Sequence record: DRR378314_1792
Strand: one strand, 5' to 3'
Length of the DNA: 64,000 bases
Made by a program: the position numbers and the translations under genes. The notes under the pieces are model-generated. The model was not told the origin of the DNA. It ran no database searches and saw only the letters and a list, made by a program, of their open reading frames with translations. Positions within the stretch are counted from its first letter, which is position 1; each line of letters starts with the position of its first letter. Positions 29,007 to 40,218 of the stretch are shown here, piece by piece.

Positions 29007-31271
29007 TTACTGGCCCGCCTCATGCGCAGCAAGGGCCGCCATATTGACCATTTCTGAAACTGTTGCGCCGATCGGTACAATTTGCACCGGTTCGTTCAAA
29101 CCCACCATAAGCGGGCCAATGACTTCTGTCTCGCCCAGCACCGGCATTAACTTTGAGGTAATATGAGCGGAATGCAGTCCTGGCATGACCAGCACATTGG
29201 CTGGACCGGACAAGCGACAGAAAGGATATAGCGCCATGATGTCCGGGTTGAGGGCTACGTCTGCTGACATTTCACCATCATACTCAAAATCCAGCTCTTC
29301 CTGATCCAGAAGCCGCACGGCCTGGCGGACCTGCTCTGCTGTTTCATGGGCAGGGTTTCCAAAATTGGAATAAGACAGAAGTGCAACGCGTGGCTCATGG
29401 CCCAGTCGCCGGGCAACCTCTGCTGTCTGTTTGGTAATTTTCACCAGCTCTTCTGCATCCGGCAAGGTTGTGACCGCAGTATCTGCAAGGAAAACTGTCC
29501 GATCCCGGCCAACGGCAATGGACACACCAATTGGCTGCTGACCTTCTTTCGCGTCAATGACCTTGGTGATTTCCTTGTAGGTCACAGAAAAACGCCGGGT
29601 CACACCAGTCACCATGGCATCCGCATCACCATTCGCCACCATACTGGCACCAAATATATTCCGGTCTCGATTTACCAGGCGTACACAATCGCGGTAGAGA
29701 TACCCTTTACGCTGCAGTCTTTCGTAGAGGAAATCGTAATAACGTTCCCGATCATCCATTTCAGATGCATTGTAGATTTCCAAACCTTCATCCACTTCAA
29801 TCCCAAGGCTTGCCATGGTTTCGCGGACAACTTGCTCTCGCCCGATAAGAACAGGCACTCCGTAACCGGCTTTCTTGAATTCCATCGCTGCGCGAATGAC
29901 TTTTTCTTCTTCGCCTTCTGCAAAGATGACACGGCGCGGGTTGGCCCGGACCTCATCCATAATTAACTGCAAGGAACCCGCCGTTGGATCAAGACGTGCC
30001 CGAAGCTGATCCCGGTATGCGGTTTCATCAACAATAGGTTTGCGGGCAACGCCGCTGTCCATCGCGGCCTTGGCAACGGCTGTTGGCACGTGGCTAATCA
30101 GACGCGGATCAAATGGGACAGGGATAATGTAGTCTGGCCCATAAACCGGTCGGTTGCCTTTGTAAGCTGCAGCCACTTCATCAGGCACATCTTCACGGGC
30201 AAGTTCGGCAATTGCCTCAGCTGCGGCAATTTTCATTTCTTCGTTAATTGTTGTCGCCCGGACATCCAGCGCACCCCGAAAAATATAGGGGAAGCCCAGA
30301 ACATTATTCACCTGATTTGGATAGTCAGAGCGGCCGGTTGCGACAATCGCATCGCCGCGAACTTCGGCAATATCTTCGGGGCGAATTTCCGGGTCTGGAT
30401 TTGCCATAGCGAAGATAATTGGCTTTGCGGCCATTTCTTTGACCATCTCTTTAGTCACGGCATCCTTCACGGAAAGACCAAGGAAAATATCAGCCCCAAC
30501 CATGGCCTGTTCCAGGGTCCGTGCATCTGTTTCAACGGCATGAGCAGACTTCCACTGGTTCATACCCTCTTCACGGCCTTGATAGATCACGCCCTTGGTA
30601 TCACAAAGGATGGCATTGCTATGCGGCAACCCCATGGCTTTAATCAATTCAAGACAGGCAATCGCCGCCGCGCCGGCACCGTTGACGACGACTTTTACGT
30701 CTTTGATATCCCGGCCGGTCAGATCCAGCGCATTAATCACGCCAGCGGCGCAGATAATTGCTGTCCCGTGCTGATCATCATGAAAAACCGGTATATCCAT
30801 CAATTCGCGCAGGCGCTGCTCGATGATAAAACACTCTGGAGCCTTGATATCTTCAAGATTAATGCCACCAAAGCTTGGACCCATCAGACGAACCGAATTT
30901 ACAAATTCATCCACATCTTCCGTATCCAGTTCCAGATCAAAACAATCCAGATCAGCAAACCGTTTAAAGAGAACGGCCTTACCTTCCATCACGGGCTTAG
31001 AGCCAAGTGCGCCTAGATTGCCGAGCCCCAAGACCGCAGTTCCGTTGGAAATAACCGCAACCCGATTTCCCTTGGTTGTATAGTCATAGACCGTATCCGG
31101 ATCTTCAGCAATCGCCAGGCAGGGCGCGGCCACACCCGGTGAATAGGCAAGGGACAGATCCTGTTGAGTGGCAACAGCCTTGGTCGCTACAATTTCAAGT
31201 TTCCCCGGTTTACCCTGCGCGTGGTATCTCAGCGCTTCATCATACTGGCTGGAATCCGGTTTATCGCTCAT
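29007..31271 (-). CDS. maeB: Malic enzyme with C-terminal PTA-like domain
   Basis: LSLAYSPGVA, INLEDI, HDDQHGT, GAGAA, ATGRSDYPNQVNN; PTA domain PRVALLSYSNFG. Confidence 0.96.
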   Translation of the reverse strand: MSDKPDSSQYDEALRYHAQGKPGKLEIVATKAVATQQDLSLAYSPGVAAPCLAIAEDPDTVYDYTTKGNRVAVISNGTAVLGLGNLGALGSKPVMEGKAVLFKRFADLDCFDLELDTEDVDEFVNSVRLMGPSFGGINLEDIKAPECFIIEQRLRELMDIPVFHDDQHGTAIICAAGVINALDLTGRDIKDVKVVVNGAGAAAIACLELIKAMGLPHSNAILCDTKGVIYQGREEGMNQWKSAHAVETDARTLEQAMVGADIFLGLSVKDAVTKEMVKEMAAKPIIFAMANPDPEIRPEDIAEVRGDAIVATGRSDYPNQVNNVLGFPYIFRGALDVRATTINEEMKIAAAEAIAELAREDVPDEVAAAYKGNRPVYGPDYIIPVPFDPRLISHVPTAVAKAAMDSGVARKPIVDETAYRDQLRARLDPTAGSLQLIMDEVRANPRRVIFAEGEEEKVIRAAMEFKKAGYGVPVLIGREQVVRETMASLGIEVDEGLEIYNASEMDDRERYYDFLYERLQRKGYLYRDCVRLVNRDRNIFGASMVANGDADAMVTGVTRRFSVTYKEITKVIDAKEGQQPIGVSIAVGRDRTVFLADTAVTTLPDAEELVKITKQTAEVARRLGHEPRVALLSYSNFGNPAHETAEQVRQAVRLLDQEELDFEYDGEMSADVALNPDIMALYPFCRLSGPANVLVMPGLHSAHITSKLMPVLGETEVIGPLMVGLNEPVQIVPIGATVSEMVNMAALAAHEAGQ

Positions 31272-31373
31272 TTCACTGTTCCCTCAGTCTCTAAGTCTTG
31301 ATCGTCTGCATTTCTTTGTTAAAATTTTTGACAAATCTGTTGGCAAAAGCGGCGTCTATGATAGTTTTCCATC

Positions 31374-34043
31374 ATGCCTACAGTAGCCAAAACAAAGTCG
31401 CAAGAGAATAAGTCAGTCACGCCTATGATGGCGCAGTATCTGACGATTAAAGCCGAATATTCGGATACCCTTCTCTTTTACCGGATGGGTGATTTCTACG
31501 AACTCTTCTTCGAGGATGCCGTGATCGCTGCCCAATCCCTGGACATTGCCCTGACCAAACGAGGAAAGCATGAGGACAAGGACATTCCCATGTGCGGTGT
31601 TCCCGTTCATTCCGCCGATGGATATCTGCAACGGCTGATCCGCAATGGCCACCGGGTCGCCGTTGCCGAGCAGGTTGAAAGTCCGGCCGAAGCCAAAAAG
31701 CGCGGCGCGAAGTCTGTGGTAAAACGGGAAGTGGTGCGCCTTGTTACGCCCGGCACCTTGACCGAAGATAATCTGCTCGATGCCCGATCTCATAATTTCC
31801 TCGTCAGCATAGCCCGCTCTTCCGGTTCTTTAGCACTTGCGTGGCTCGACATGTCCACTGGCGAATTCTTTACCACCGGATCAACACTGGAAGATTTGGA
31901 AACCCATCTGGCCCGCCTCAATCCAGGCGAAATTCTAGTCTCCGATCGCTGGCTGGATGATCCCGCCTTTCAAGAAACTCTGCAACAGTGGGATAGCTGC
32001 CTAACGCCGCTGCCAAGTGTCAGATTTGATAGCCAGAATGGCGAAAAGCGGCTCAAAGATATTTTCGAAGTCTCGGCGCTGGATGCCTTTGGTCAGTTTG
32101 ATCGGGCGGAACTGGCCGCCGCCGGCTCCCTCACAGATTACGTCGAACTGACCCAGAAGGGTAAATTTCCACTGATCAAGCCGCCGGTGCAGCAGGCTGC
32201 GACAGATATTATGGCAATTGATGGGGCGACCCGGCGAAACCTGGAACTGATCCGCACCATGAACGGTGACCGAAAGGGCAGCCTGCTGGCCACTATTGAT
32301 CGAACCATTACTGGGGCTGGCGCCAGAAAACTGGCGGCTGATATTTCAAGCCCGCTGATGGAGGTCGCAAAAATTCACCATCGGCAGGATATGGTCAGCT
32401 ACTTTGTTTCGAATACGAAACGACGTGAAATGATCCGGGAAATTTTGCGCAAATGCCCTGATGTGGAACGGGCGCTTTCGCGTTTGTCTTTGGGCCGCGG
32501 TGGCCCCCGGGATTTAGCGGCCATTCGCGACGGCCTTGCCCAAACGGCGGAACTTCGCGCTGCATTGACGAAAGAAGACTTGAATGATCCGGTCGCCGGG
32601 ATCGATCAGGCCTCTGAACAACTGGGATATCATGCAGAGATTGTCGATGATTTGACCCAGGCATTAGCCCCGGATCTTCCGCTATTGGCGCGGGATGGGG
32701 GATTTATTGCCAAAGGGTATCGGGTTGATCTGGATGAATTAAAGACCCTGCGCGACGAAAGCCGGCGGCATATTGCCAATCTTCAGGCCAAATATGCAAA
32801 CGATGCAAAAGTCCCGTCGCTCAAGATCAAACATAATAATGTTCTTGGCTATTTTATTGAAATCACACCCCGCTTTGCCGACAATATGCAAGGGGACTTC
32901 ATCCATCGCCAGACCATGGCGAATGCAATCCGCTACACAACAGTTGAACTGGGCGAGTTGGAGGATAAAATCTCCCGCGCAGCAGATCGCGCCACTGCAC
33001 TTGAGCTGAAACTTTTTGATGAGTTGCTGGCCAAGGCAACAGATTGGGGCAGCCAAATTCTGGATGCGGCGGAGGCGATGGCCACCCTGGATGTGTCTGC
33101 CAGCCATGCAGAACTGGCCATTGATCAGTCCTATGTTCGCCCAGACGTCGATGACAGCTTGACGTTTTCTATTGTTGGCGGCCGCCATCCGGTCGTTGAG
33201 GCTGCTCTGATCAAAGACAATGAAGGCAACTTTGTCGCCAATGACTGTGACTTGAGCGAAGACAGCCGCCTGTGGTTGCTAACCGGCCCGAATATGGCAG
33301 GTAAAAGCACCTTTCTGAGACAAAATGCAGTGATTGCCATCCTTGCACAGATCGGCGCCTATGTCCCGGCGGCCAAAGCGCATATTGGTGTCGTTGACCG
33401 ACTGTTTAGCCGGGTTGGGGCCGCAGATGATCTGGCGCGCGGGCGATCTACATTTATGGTTGAGATGGTGGAAACTGCATCCATCCTTAATCAGGCAACC
33501 AAGCGCGCGCTGGTCATTTTAGATGAAATCGGTCGAGGAACCGCGACCTTTGATGGTCTTTCCATCGCCTGGGCGACGGTTGAACACCTGCATGACATGA
33601 ACAAATGCCGCGGCCTTTTCGCCACTCACTATCATGAATTAACCGCGCTTTCAGAAAAATTAACTGCCCTTTCCAACCACAGCATGAAGGTTCGGGAATG
33701 GAAAGGTGATGTGATTTTCCTGCACGAAGTCGGCGCTGGTTCCGCAGATCGGTCCTATGGGATCCAGGTTGCCAAGCTTGCAGGCCTGCCCGCTGCTGTA
33801 ATTAGCCGTGCTGAAACAGTCTTATCTCATTTGCAGGAGAAAGATCAGGGAACGAGCACCACAAAACTGGTGGATGATCTTCCCCTGTTTGCAACCATTG
33901 TTGAAAAAATTGAAGACGAGAAGATTTCGGCAGTTCCCTCTGAATTGGAAGAAAAACTTCGATCACTCAATGCAGATGATTTGACTCCGCGTGAGGCCCA
34001 AAACCTCATCTATGAACTAAAGGACCTGCTGAAAGATCCTTAA
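31374..34043 (+). CDS. mutS: DNA mismatch repair protein MutS
   Basis: [38 protein letters not shown]. Confidence 0.98.
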   Translation: MPTVAKTKSQENKSVTPMMAQYLTIKAEYSDTLLFYRMGDFYELFFEDAVIAAQSLDIALTKRGKHEDKDIPMCGVPVHSADGYLQRLIRNGHRVAVAEQVESPAEAKKRGAKSVVKREVVRLVTPGTLTEDNLLDARSHNFLVSIARSSGSLALAWLDMSTGEFFTTGSTLEDLETHLARLNPGEILVSDRWLDDPAFQETLQQWDSCLTPLPSVRFDSQNGEKRLKDIFEVSALDAFGQFDRAELAAAGSLTDYVELTQKGKFPLIKPPVQQAATDIMAIDGATRRNLELIRTMNGDRKGSLLATIDRTITGAGARKLAADISSPLMEVAKIHHRQDMVSYFVSNTKRREMIREILRKCPDVERALSRLSLGRGGPRDLAAIRDGLAQTAELRAALTKEDLNDPVAGIDQASEQLGYHAEIVDDLTQALAPDLPLLARDGGFIAKGYRVDLDELKTLRDESRRHIANLQAKYANDAKVPSLKIKHNNVLGYFIEITPRFADNMQGDFIHRQTMANAIRYTTVELGELEDKISRAADRATALELKLFDELLAKATDWGSQILDAAEAMATLDVSASHAELAIDQSYVRPDVDDSLTFSIVGGRHPVVEAALIKDNEGNFVANDCDLSEDSRLWLLTGPNMAGKSTFLRQNAVIAILAQIGAYVPAAKAHIGVVDRLFSRVGAADDLARGRSTFMVEMVETASILNQATKRALVILDEIGRGTATFDGLSIAWATVEHLHDMNKCRGLFATHYHELTALSEKLTALSNHSMKVREWKGDVIFLHEVGAGSADRSYGIQVAKLAGLPAAVISRAETVLSHLQEKDQGTSTTKLVDDLPLFATIVEKIEDEKISAVPSELEEKLRSLNADDLTPREAQNLIYELKDLLKDP

Positions 34044-34118
34044 GTCGATAGGCGGGTGACAGACGGAAAACATCGGTTTAAGCTGACTAATAATAATCAA
34101 GAACGATAAGAGGAAAAC

Positions 34119-34889
34119 ATGTTTGATCTATCCGGAAAAAATATTCTCATCACAGGGTCCAGTAAAGGAATTGGGAAATCCATCGCGCATCAAATGGCGC
34201 TGCAGGGTGCGAAAGTCACCATTTCCAGCCGCAAAGAAGATGTGTGTGCAGAAGTTGCCAAAGAAATTAACGGCAGCCTGCCCGAGGGAAGCGCTGGTGG
34301 CGCCGTTGTTATCCCGTGCAACATCAATTCCAAGGAAAGCCTGCAAAATCTGGTTGACCAGGCCCATGAAAAACTAGGCCAAATTGATGCGTTGGTGTGT
34401 AATGCGGCTTTGAATCCCTTCTTTGGCTCGTCCATGGATATTCCCGATGATGCCTTTGACAAAATTATGTCCGCCAACATCAAATCCAATCACTGGCTTT
34501 GCAATATGGTGCTGCCTGAGATGAAGGCCCGCAAAGATGGCGCGATTATCATTGTTTCCTCAATTGGGGGGCTACGGGGCTCACCTGTCCTTGGGGCCTA
34601 TAGCATTTCCAAAGCTGCTGATATGCAGTTGGTTCGCAATCTGGCCGTTGAGCATGGCGCCGATAATATCCGGGTCAATGCGATTGCCCCGGGCTTGATC
34701 AAGACCGATTTTGCGCGGGCCCTTTGGGAAAACCCAGATATTTTGAAAAAAGCCACGTCACGCGCACCCTTGCAACGGATTGGCTTGCCAGAAGAAATTG
34801 CCGGCGCTGCCATTCTAATGGCGTCCGATGCCGGGACTTTCCTGACAGGGCAAACCATTACAATTGACGGTGGCCAAACAATCACCTGA
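34119..34889 (+). CDS. Short-chain dehydrogenase/reductase
   Basis: TGSSKGIG, CNAA, YSISK catalytic motif, VNAIAPG. Confidence 0.93.
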   Translation: MFDLSGKNILITGSSKGIGKSIAHQMALQGAKVTISSRKEDVCAEVAKEINGSLPEGSAGGAVVIPCNINSKESLQNLVDQAHEKLGQIDALVCNAALNPFFGSSMDIPDDAFDKIMSANIKSNHWLCNMVLPEMKARKDGAIIIVSSIGGLRGSPVLGAYSISKAADMQLVRNLAVEHGADNIRVNAIAPGLIKTDFARALWENPDILKKATSRAPLQRIGLPEEIAGAAILMASDAGTFLTGQTITIDGGQTIT

Positions 34890-34902
34890 TTTACAAACAC
34901 CG

Positions 34903-34926
34903 CAGGTCAGCCTTTTGGCTGACCTG
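34903..34926. terminator. Stem-loop between convergent SDR and LysE genes
   Basis: CAGGTCAGCC-TTTT-GGCTGACCTG perfect 10-bp stem. Confidence 0.7.
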
Positions 34927-34934
34927 TGTCACTT

Positions 34935-35564
34935 CTAAGCTTTAGATGCCATAAAATCTGAAATCAGTTTGGCCGCGACGATATACATCATTACAGCAAC
35001 CAAAAGATCCAAAGCTCGTGCTGCGACCGGGTGGCGCATGAAGGGGGATGCGAACCGTGCGCCATAAGCGATCGCGAAGAACCAAACAAACGAAGCTGTA
35101 ATGGCGCCCATGACAAAATAGATACGGTCCGAAAAACTATAAGTCGCCGCAATACCGCCCACCAGAATAACCGTGTCCAGATACACATGTGGGTTTAGTA
35201 AGCTAAAAGCCGCACTCACCATAATCGCCTTACCGACGCTGGAAACCTTTGGGTTATCAACCGTGATAACTGTTGGCGAAGGTTTTACGGCCCGGTAAAG
35301 CGAGAGGGAGCCATAGACGAGTAAAAAGATAGCACCTCCAATTGTCGCGATCGTAACAGCCATCGGGTGACTTGAAATGAGAGTCCCCAGCCCCAACGCG
35401 CCAAGGATAATCAGCGACGCATCAATCAAGGAGCAAACAAAGGCCACGGTAAACACCTGATCCTTTGCCAAACCTTGCCGAATAACGAACATGTTTTGGG
35501 CGCCGATTGCAATAATCAGGGCAGCGCCGATGAGCGCACCGTTCACAAATGTTACTGCTACCAT
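34935..35564 (-). CDS. LysE/ArgO amino acid exporter
   Basis: LIIAIGAQNMFVIRQG, LNPHVYLDT, ASFVWF. Confidence 0.92.
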   Translation of the reverse strand: MVAVTFVNGALIGAALIIAIGAQNMFVIRQGLAKDQVFTVAFVCSLIDASLIILGALGLGTLISSHPMAVTIATIGGAIFLLVYGSLSLYRAVKPSPTVITVDNPKVSSVGKAIMVSAAFSLLNPHVYLDTVILVGGIAATYSFSDRIYFVMGAITASFVWFFAIAYGARFASPFMRHPVAARALDLLVAVMMYIVAAKLISDFMASKA

Positions 35565-35701
35565 CCGTTTTCCACATTAAAACGAGTTCAGGGTTGCCCG
35601 ATTGCATGAGAGACTTTTAAGGTGAGCGTGTTATATAAGAACCCAAGCAGCAAAACAATCATGCGGATAGCCGGGATACGGACTAAAGTTAAGTTGTAGA
35701 C

Positions 35702-38485
35702 ATGGAAAAAATTCCCAATAGACGTGAAATCATTGACCGAAAAAGGCTTATTGCAGAGATCGCCGACTTGGCAGAGAAACACCCTGTCGACGGGTTGGAC
35801 TTCAGAAATGCTCTTCTGCAAACGCTTAAATCTACGCTTAAAAATGGACAGGATGTCATTGAAGGCCGGTTTCTGAAAAGTAATAAAGGTCGACCTTCTA
35901 TGTATGCTGCGGCGTTCCTGATCGATCAAATTATCAGGACCATCTATGATACGGCCACAACTTATATTTATCAGCTGAATAACCCGACATCGGAAGAAAG
36001 GCTAAGCCTTGTCGCGGTTGGCGGATATGGGCGTGGCGAATTGGCGCCTCACTCCGACGTGGATCTGCTGTTCATATTCCCTTACAAACAAACTTCCTGG
36101 TCTGAACAGGTGATTGAGTTTTGTCTCTACATGCTTTGGGATCTGGGCCTTAAAGTTGGCCACTCCACCCGCAACCCCAATGAATGTATCCGCCTTTCCA
36201 AGCAGGACATCACAATTCAGACATCGCTTTTGGAATCCCGTTATATCTGGGGAGATCAGGAGTTAGCTAATGAAGTCCGGTCCCGCTTCAAAAAAGAGAT
36301 TATTCCGGGCAATAGCCGAGCCTTTATTGACGCAAAATTGCAGGAGCGGGACGACCGGCATGCCCGGTTTGGCAATTCCCGCTATGTGGTGGAACCCAAT
36401 ATTAAAGAGGGAAAGGGCGGACTTCGGGATTTGCAAACTCTTTTCTGGATCGCCAAATTTGTCTACAGCACGATGGATATTTCTGAACTTCAGAAGTTGG
36501 GCGTGTTTACGGAGTCAGAACGGAAAAAATTCACCAAAGCCTCCAACTTTCTCAGAACTGTTCGATGTCACCTGCATTACCTGACCAATCGACCGGAAGA
36601 GCGCCTGACCTTCGATGTACAAAGTGAGATGGCACAGCGGCTCGGCTATACGGATCATGCTGGAACCCTGGGTGTTGAACGGTTTATGAAGCACTATTTT
36701 CTGGTCGCGAAAAACGTCGGGGACCTGACCCGCATTTTCTGCGCCAACCTGGAAGCTGAACAGCAAAAGAAAAGCCGCCTGCCCATTCCCCGTTTTGGTC
36801 TGCTGCAACGGAAGTTGGATGGGTTCCTGGTCGAGGGTGGCCGCCTGAACGTTCAAACCGATGATGATTTTCACGAAGATCCGCTAAAAATCCTGGGCCT
36901 TTTCCATCTGGCCCAGCAAAAAGATCTGGATGTTCATCCCAACGCCCTGCGCCTCATTCGGCAAGATCTGAAACTGGTCAATAAAGGACTTCGCAATAAC
37001 CCCAATGCCAATCGCCTGTTTCTCGAGATGCTGACCTCTCGCAAAGATCCGGAAACAACGTTGCGGCGCTTGAGTGAAGCAGGGGTTCTGGGAAGATTTA
37101 TTCCCGATTTTGGCCGGGTAGTCGCCCAGATGCAACATGACATGTACCATGTTTATACGGTCGATGAACATACAATTCGGGCCGTGGGGATCCTGTCGCA
37201 GATCGAAGATGGGCTGCTCGCTGAAGACCACCCTCTCAGCCACCGGATCATGCCCAAAATTCTCTCTCGGAATGTTCTCTATATGGCGGTCTTGCTCCAT
37301 GACATTGCAAAAGGCCGGGGCGGTGATCATTCTATTCTAGGTGCCGAAGTCGCAGAAAAATTATGTCCCCGTATTGGCCTTACCGATGCAGAAACCGAAA
37401 CCGTCTCCTGGCTTGTCCGGTATCATCTATTGTTTAGCAATACGGCCTTCAAAAGGGATGTCGCTGATCCGAAAACCGTCGAGGATTTTGTCAAAATCGT
37501 GCAAAGCCCAGAGCGGTTGAAACTGCTGTTGATCTTGACAGTTGTGGATATCCGGGCTGTCGGCCCAAACGTATGGAATGGCTGGAAAGGGCAGCTTCTT
37601 CGGGAACTTTATTACGCAAGCGAAACGGCTTTAACAGGCGGTCATGTTTCAGAAGGCCGCGCAGACAGAGCGAGGCAAAAACAACTTGCCCTTCGGGACG
37701 GTCTGGACGGTTGGTCTGCAGCGGAAATTGAAACCCATCTGGAAAAATTCTACGAATCCTATTGGGTGGCCAATAATCTGGAAACCCAGACAGAACATGC
37801 CAACCTGATCCGTCAATCTGAAGTCTCTGGAACAGACCTCACTATTCAGGCGAAAAGTGATCCATTTCGCGATATTACGGAAGTGACGGTTTATACCCCC
37901 GATCATCCGGGCCTTTTTGCGCGAATTGCCGCCGCCATGTCCATCGCAGGTGCCAACATTGTAGATGCGAAAATTCATACGACAACAGACGGAATGGCTC
38001 TGGATACATTCTTTGTCCAGGATGATGAAGACAATGCCTTTGAGCAAAAAAGCCAAATCAGCAAACTGAAAAAGGTCATTGAGGAAACTCTGAAAGGGGA
38101 AATCAAAGCCCGTCAGGAGCTCAAAGAACGCTCTGCGTCAATGTTTCCAAGCCGAACCCGGGTTTTCAAAGCAGCCCCGTCCGTACTGGTCAATAACGTC
38201 GCCTCCAACATTCATACAGTCATTGAGGTGCGGGGACGGGACCGGGTCGGATTGCTGGCTGACCTGACCAGGGCTTTATTTGAACTTTCGCTCTCAGTTT
38301 CCTCGGCGCATATTTCCACCTTTGGCGAGCGGGTCGTGGATGTGTTCTATGTCAAAGACATGTTTGGCCTTAAAATCACCAATAATGTGAAGATCAATGC
38401 TATCGAGCGAAAGCTCCTGGACGCCTTGTCTGGACAGTCGTCTTCACCTGAGGCACGTAAAAAGCCAAGAACCGTAAAAGCCTGA
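35702..38485 (+). CDS. glnD: PII uridylyltransferase/uridylyl-removing enzyme
   Basis: AVGGYGRGELAPHSDVD, YHVYTVDEH, LLHDIAKG (HD), two ACT domains. Confidence 0.98.
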   Translation: MEKIPNRREIIDRKRLIAEIADLAEKHPVDGLDFRNALLQTLKSTLKNGQDVIEGRFLKSNKGRPSMYAAAFLIDQIIRTIYDTATTYIYQLNNPTSEERLSLVAVGGYGRGELAPHSDVDLLFIFPYKQTSWSEQVIEFCLYMLWDLGLKVGHSTRNPNECIRLSKQDITIQTSLLESRYIWGDQELANEVRSRFKKEIIPGNSRAFIDAKLQERDDRHARFGNSRYVVEPNIKEGKGGLRDLQTLFWIAKFVYSTMDISELQKLGVFTESERKKFTKASNFLRTVRCHLHYLTNRPEERLTFDVQSEMAQRLGYTDHAGTLGVERFMKHYFLVAKNVGDLTRIFCANLEAEQQKKSRLPIPRFGLLQRKLDGFLVEGGRLNVQTDDDFHEDPLKILGLFHLAQQKDLDVHPNALRLIRQDLKLVNKGLRNNPNANRLFLEMLTSRKDPETTLRRLSEAGVLGRFIPDFGRVVAQMQHDMYHVYTVDEHTIRAVGILSQIEDGLLAEDHPLSHRIMPKILSRNVLYMAVLLHDIAKGRGGDHSILGAEVAEKLCPRIGLTDAETETVSWLVRYHLLFSNTAFKRDVADPKTVEDFVKIVQSPERLKLLLILTVVDIRAVGPNVWNGWKGQLLRELYYASETALTGGHVSEGRADRARQKQLALRDGLDGWSAAEIETHLEKFYESYWVANNLETQTEHANLIRQSEVSGTDLTIQAKSDPFRDITEVTVYTPDHPGLFARIAAAMSIAGANIVDAKIHTTTDGMALDTFFVQDDEDNAFEQKSQISKLKKVIEETLKGEIKARQELKERSASMFPSRTRVFKAAPSVLVNNVASNIHTVIEVRGRDRVGLLADLTRALFELSLSVSSAHISTFGERVVDVFYVKDMFGLKITNNVKINAIERKLLDALSGQSSSPEARKKPRTVKA

Positions 38486-38537
38486 TTGCGACATGGGGCA
38501 TGGGGGAACTTCATTTGATGTTTAAGAGGCTAAATCA

Positions 38538-40097
38538 GTGAGCCTGTTTAAATCGGTTGCAACCGTTGGCGGCTTTACCATGGCCAGCCGCGTTCTTGGT
38601 TTTATTCGGGACATATTGATCGCAACGGTCCTTGGTGCAGGGCCGATTTCCGACGCTTTTATTGTGGCCTTCCGCATCCCCAACATGTTTCGGAGGCTGG
38701 TTGCGGAAGGTGCGTTTTCAGCAGCTTTTATCCCCCTTTTTTCCCGGGAGCTGGAACAAAACTCCAAAGAAGACGCACTTGAGTTTGCGGCTCATGCTCT
38801 TGGTTTTCTGACCGGATTCCTCTTTCTATTCTCTATCCTTTTCATGATTTTCATGCCGTTCCTGATGCAGTATCTGGCCCCCGGCTTTGACATCACCGAA
38901 GACCGCTACGCCCTGGCCGTGGAATATACCCGCTTGACGTTTCCCTACCTCACAGCAATGGCTATCGTGGCACTGTTGGGGGGTGTATTAAACGCTTTTT
39001 ATAAATTTGCGGCCATGTCCGCCGCGCCGATCCTGTTGAATGTCATCCTGATCGGCACCCTGATCTTCCTGCTACTGAACCCTGAGTTCGAGCCGGGCTT
39101 CTTTATGTCACTGGGTGTCGCCGCTGCTGGTCTTGCACAAGTCATCTACCTTGTCATCGCGTGCCGAAAAGAAGGTACATTGCCACCATTTATCTGGCCG
39201 CGTTTTACCGCCAAGATTAAAAGATTGTTTCAGCTGATGTTGCCGGGATTGCTGGGGGCTGGGGTCCTGCAAATCAATATCCTTGTGGGAACAATCATTG
39301 CCTCTTTATTGGCAACGGGATCTATTTCCTATCTTTATTATGCCGACAGGGTCTATCAACTTCCCCTGGGTGTCATCGGTATTGCTGTTGGCACAGCGCT
39401 TCTACCCATGCTGTCCAGACAATTGCGGGCAGGCGATGATAATCCTGCTAATGAAACCCTGAACCGGGCTGTCGAATTTTCTCTGCTCTTTACGCTTCCT
39501 GCAGCGGGTGCCTTGATGACAATCAACTTTCCCATTATCTCAGTCCTTTTTGAGCATGGAGAGTTTGACCGACTGGCTAGTCAAACAACCGCAGACGCAT
39601 TATTTGCCTTCTCCACGGGTCTTCCTGCCTATGTGTTGACCAAGGTATTTGCACCCGGCTTTTTCGCGCGGGAAGATACAACAACACCGGTCGTAATTGG
39701 GGTCATTGCAATGGCCATCAATATTGGCCTTAGCCTTTTGCTGATCAACAGTCTGGCCCATATCGGAATTGCCTATGCCACATCCATCGCCGCCTGGGTT
39801 AATGCTCTGGCTCTTTTACTGCTGTTGCACAGGCGGGGTCATTACCAGATGGACAAACGACTAGTGAAAAGAACATTCGGCGCGTTGGGAGCCACTGCTA
39901 TGATGTGCTTAGCGCTCTGGTTTGCTGCGGACCTGATTGCATTTCTCCTGGAGGCTGAAGCGCTTACCCCCCGAATTCTTGGACTTTCCATTCTTGTCGG
40001 TGGCGGCGGTGCTGTCTATGCAGTTGCAAGCCTGGTTTTGGGTGCAACCCGGCTTTCTGATCTTAAGGCGATGCTCCGTCGGCGGGGAACTGCCTAA
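38538..40097 (+). CDS. murJ: Lipid II flippase
   Basis: SRVLGFIRD, AFRIPNMFRRLVAEGAFS, YYADRVYQLPLG; GTG start. Confidence 0.96.
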   Translation: MSLFKSVATVGGFTMASRVLGFIRDILIATVLGAGPISDAFIVAFRIPNMFRRLVAEGAFSAAFIPLFSRELEQNSKEDALEFAAHALGFLTGFLFLFSILFMIFMPFLMQYLAPGFDITEDRYALAVEYTRLTFPYLTAMAIVALLGGVLNAFYKFAAMSAAPILLNVILIGTLIFLLLNPEFEPGFFMSLGVAAAGLAQVIYLVIACRKEGTLPPFIWPRFTAKIKRLFQLMLPGLLGAGVLQINILVGTIIASLLATGSISYLYYADRVYQLPLGVIGIAVGTALLPMLSRQLRAGDDNPANETLNRAVEFSLLFTLPAAGALMTINFPIISVLFEHGEFDRLASQTTADALFAFSTGLPAYVLTKVFAPGFFAREDTTTPVVIGVIAMAINIGLSLLLINSLAHIGIAYATSIAAWVNALALLLLLHRRGHYQMDKRLVKRTFGALGATAMMCLALWFAADLIAFLLEAEALTPRILGLSILVGGGGAVYAVASLVLGATRLSDLKAMLRRRGTA

Positions 40098-40218
40098 TCT
40101 GTTGACGAATGACAAGCGCCCTGCAATAAACCTGTTTCCTGTTAACTCCAGCCCGGCCGCTACCAAATGAAGGAAGTGAAAATCCGGGCCCGTGTCCAAA
40201 GCGTGAGGAGCGTTTTTT

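Noticed and set aside
30090-31016. 308-aa ORF antisense to maeB
   Set aside because: Shadow frame of a conserved gene; no recognisable motifs.
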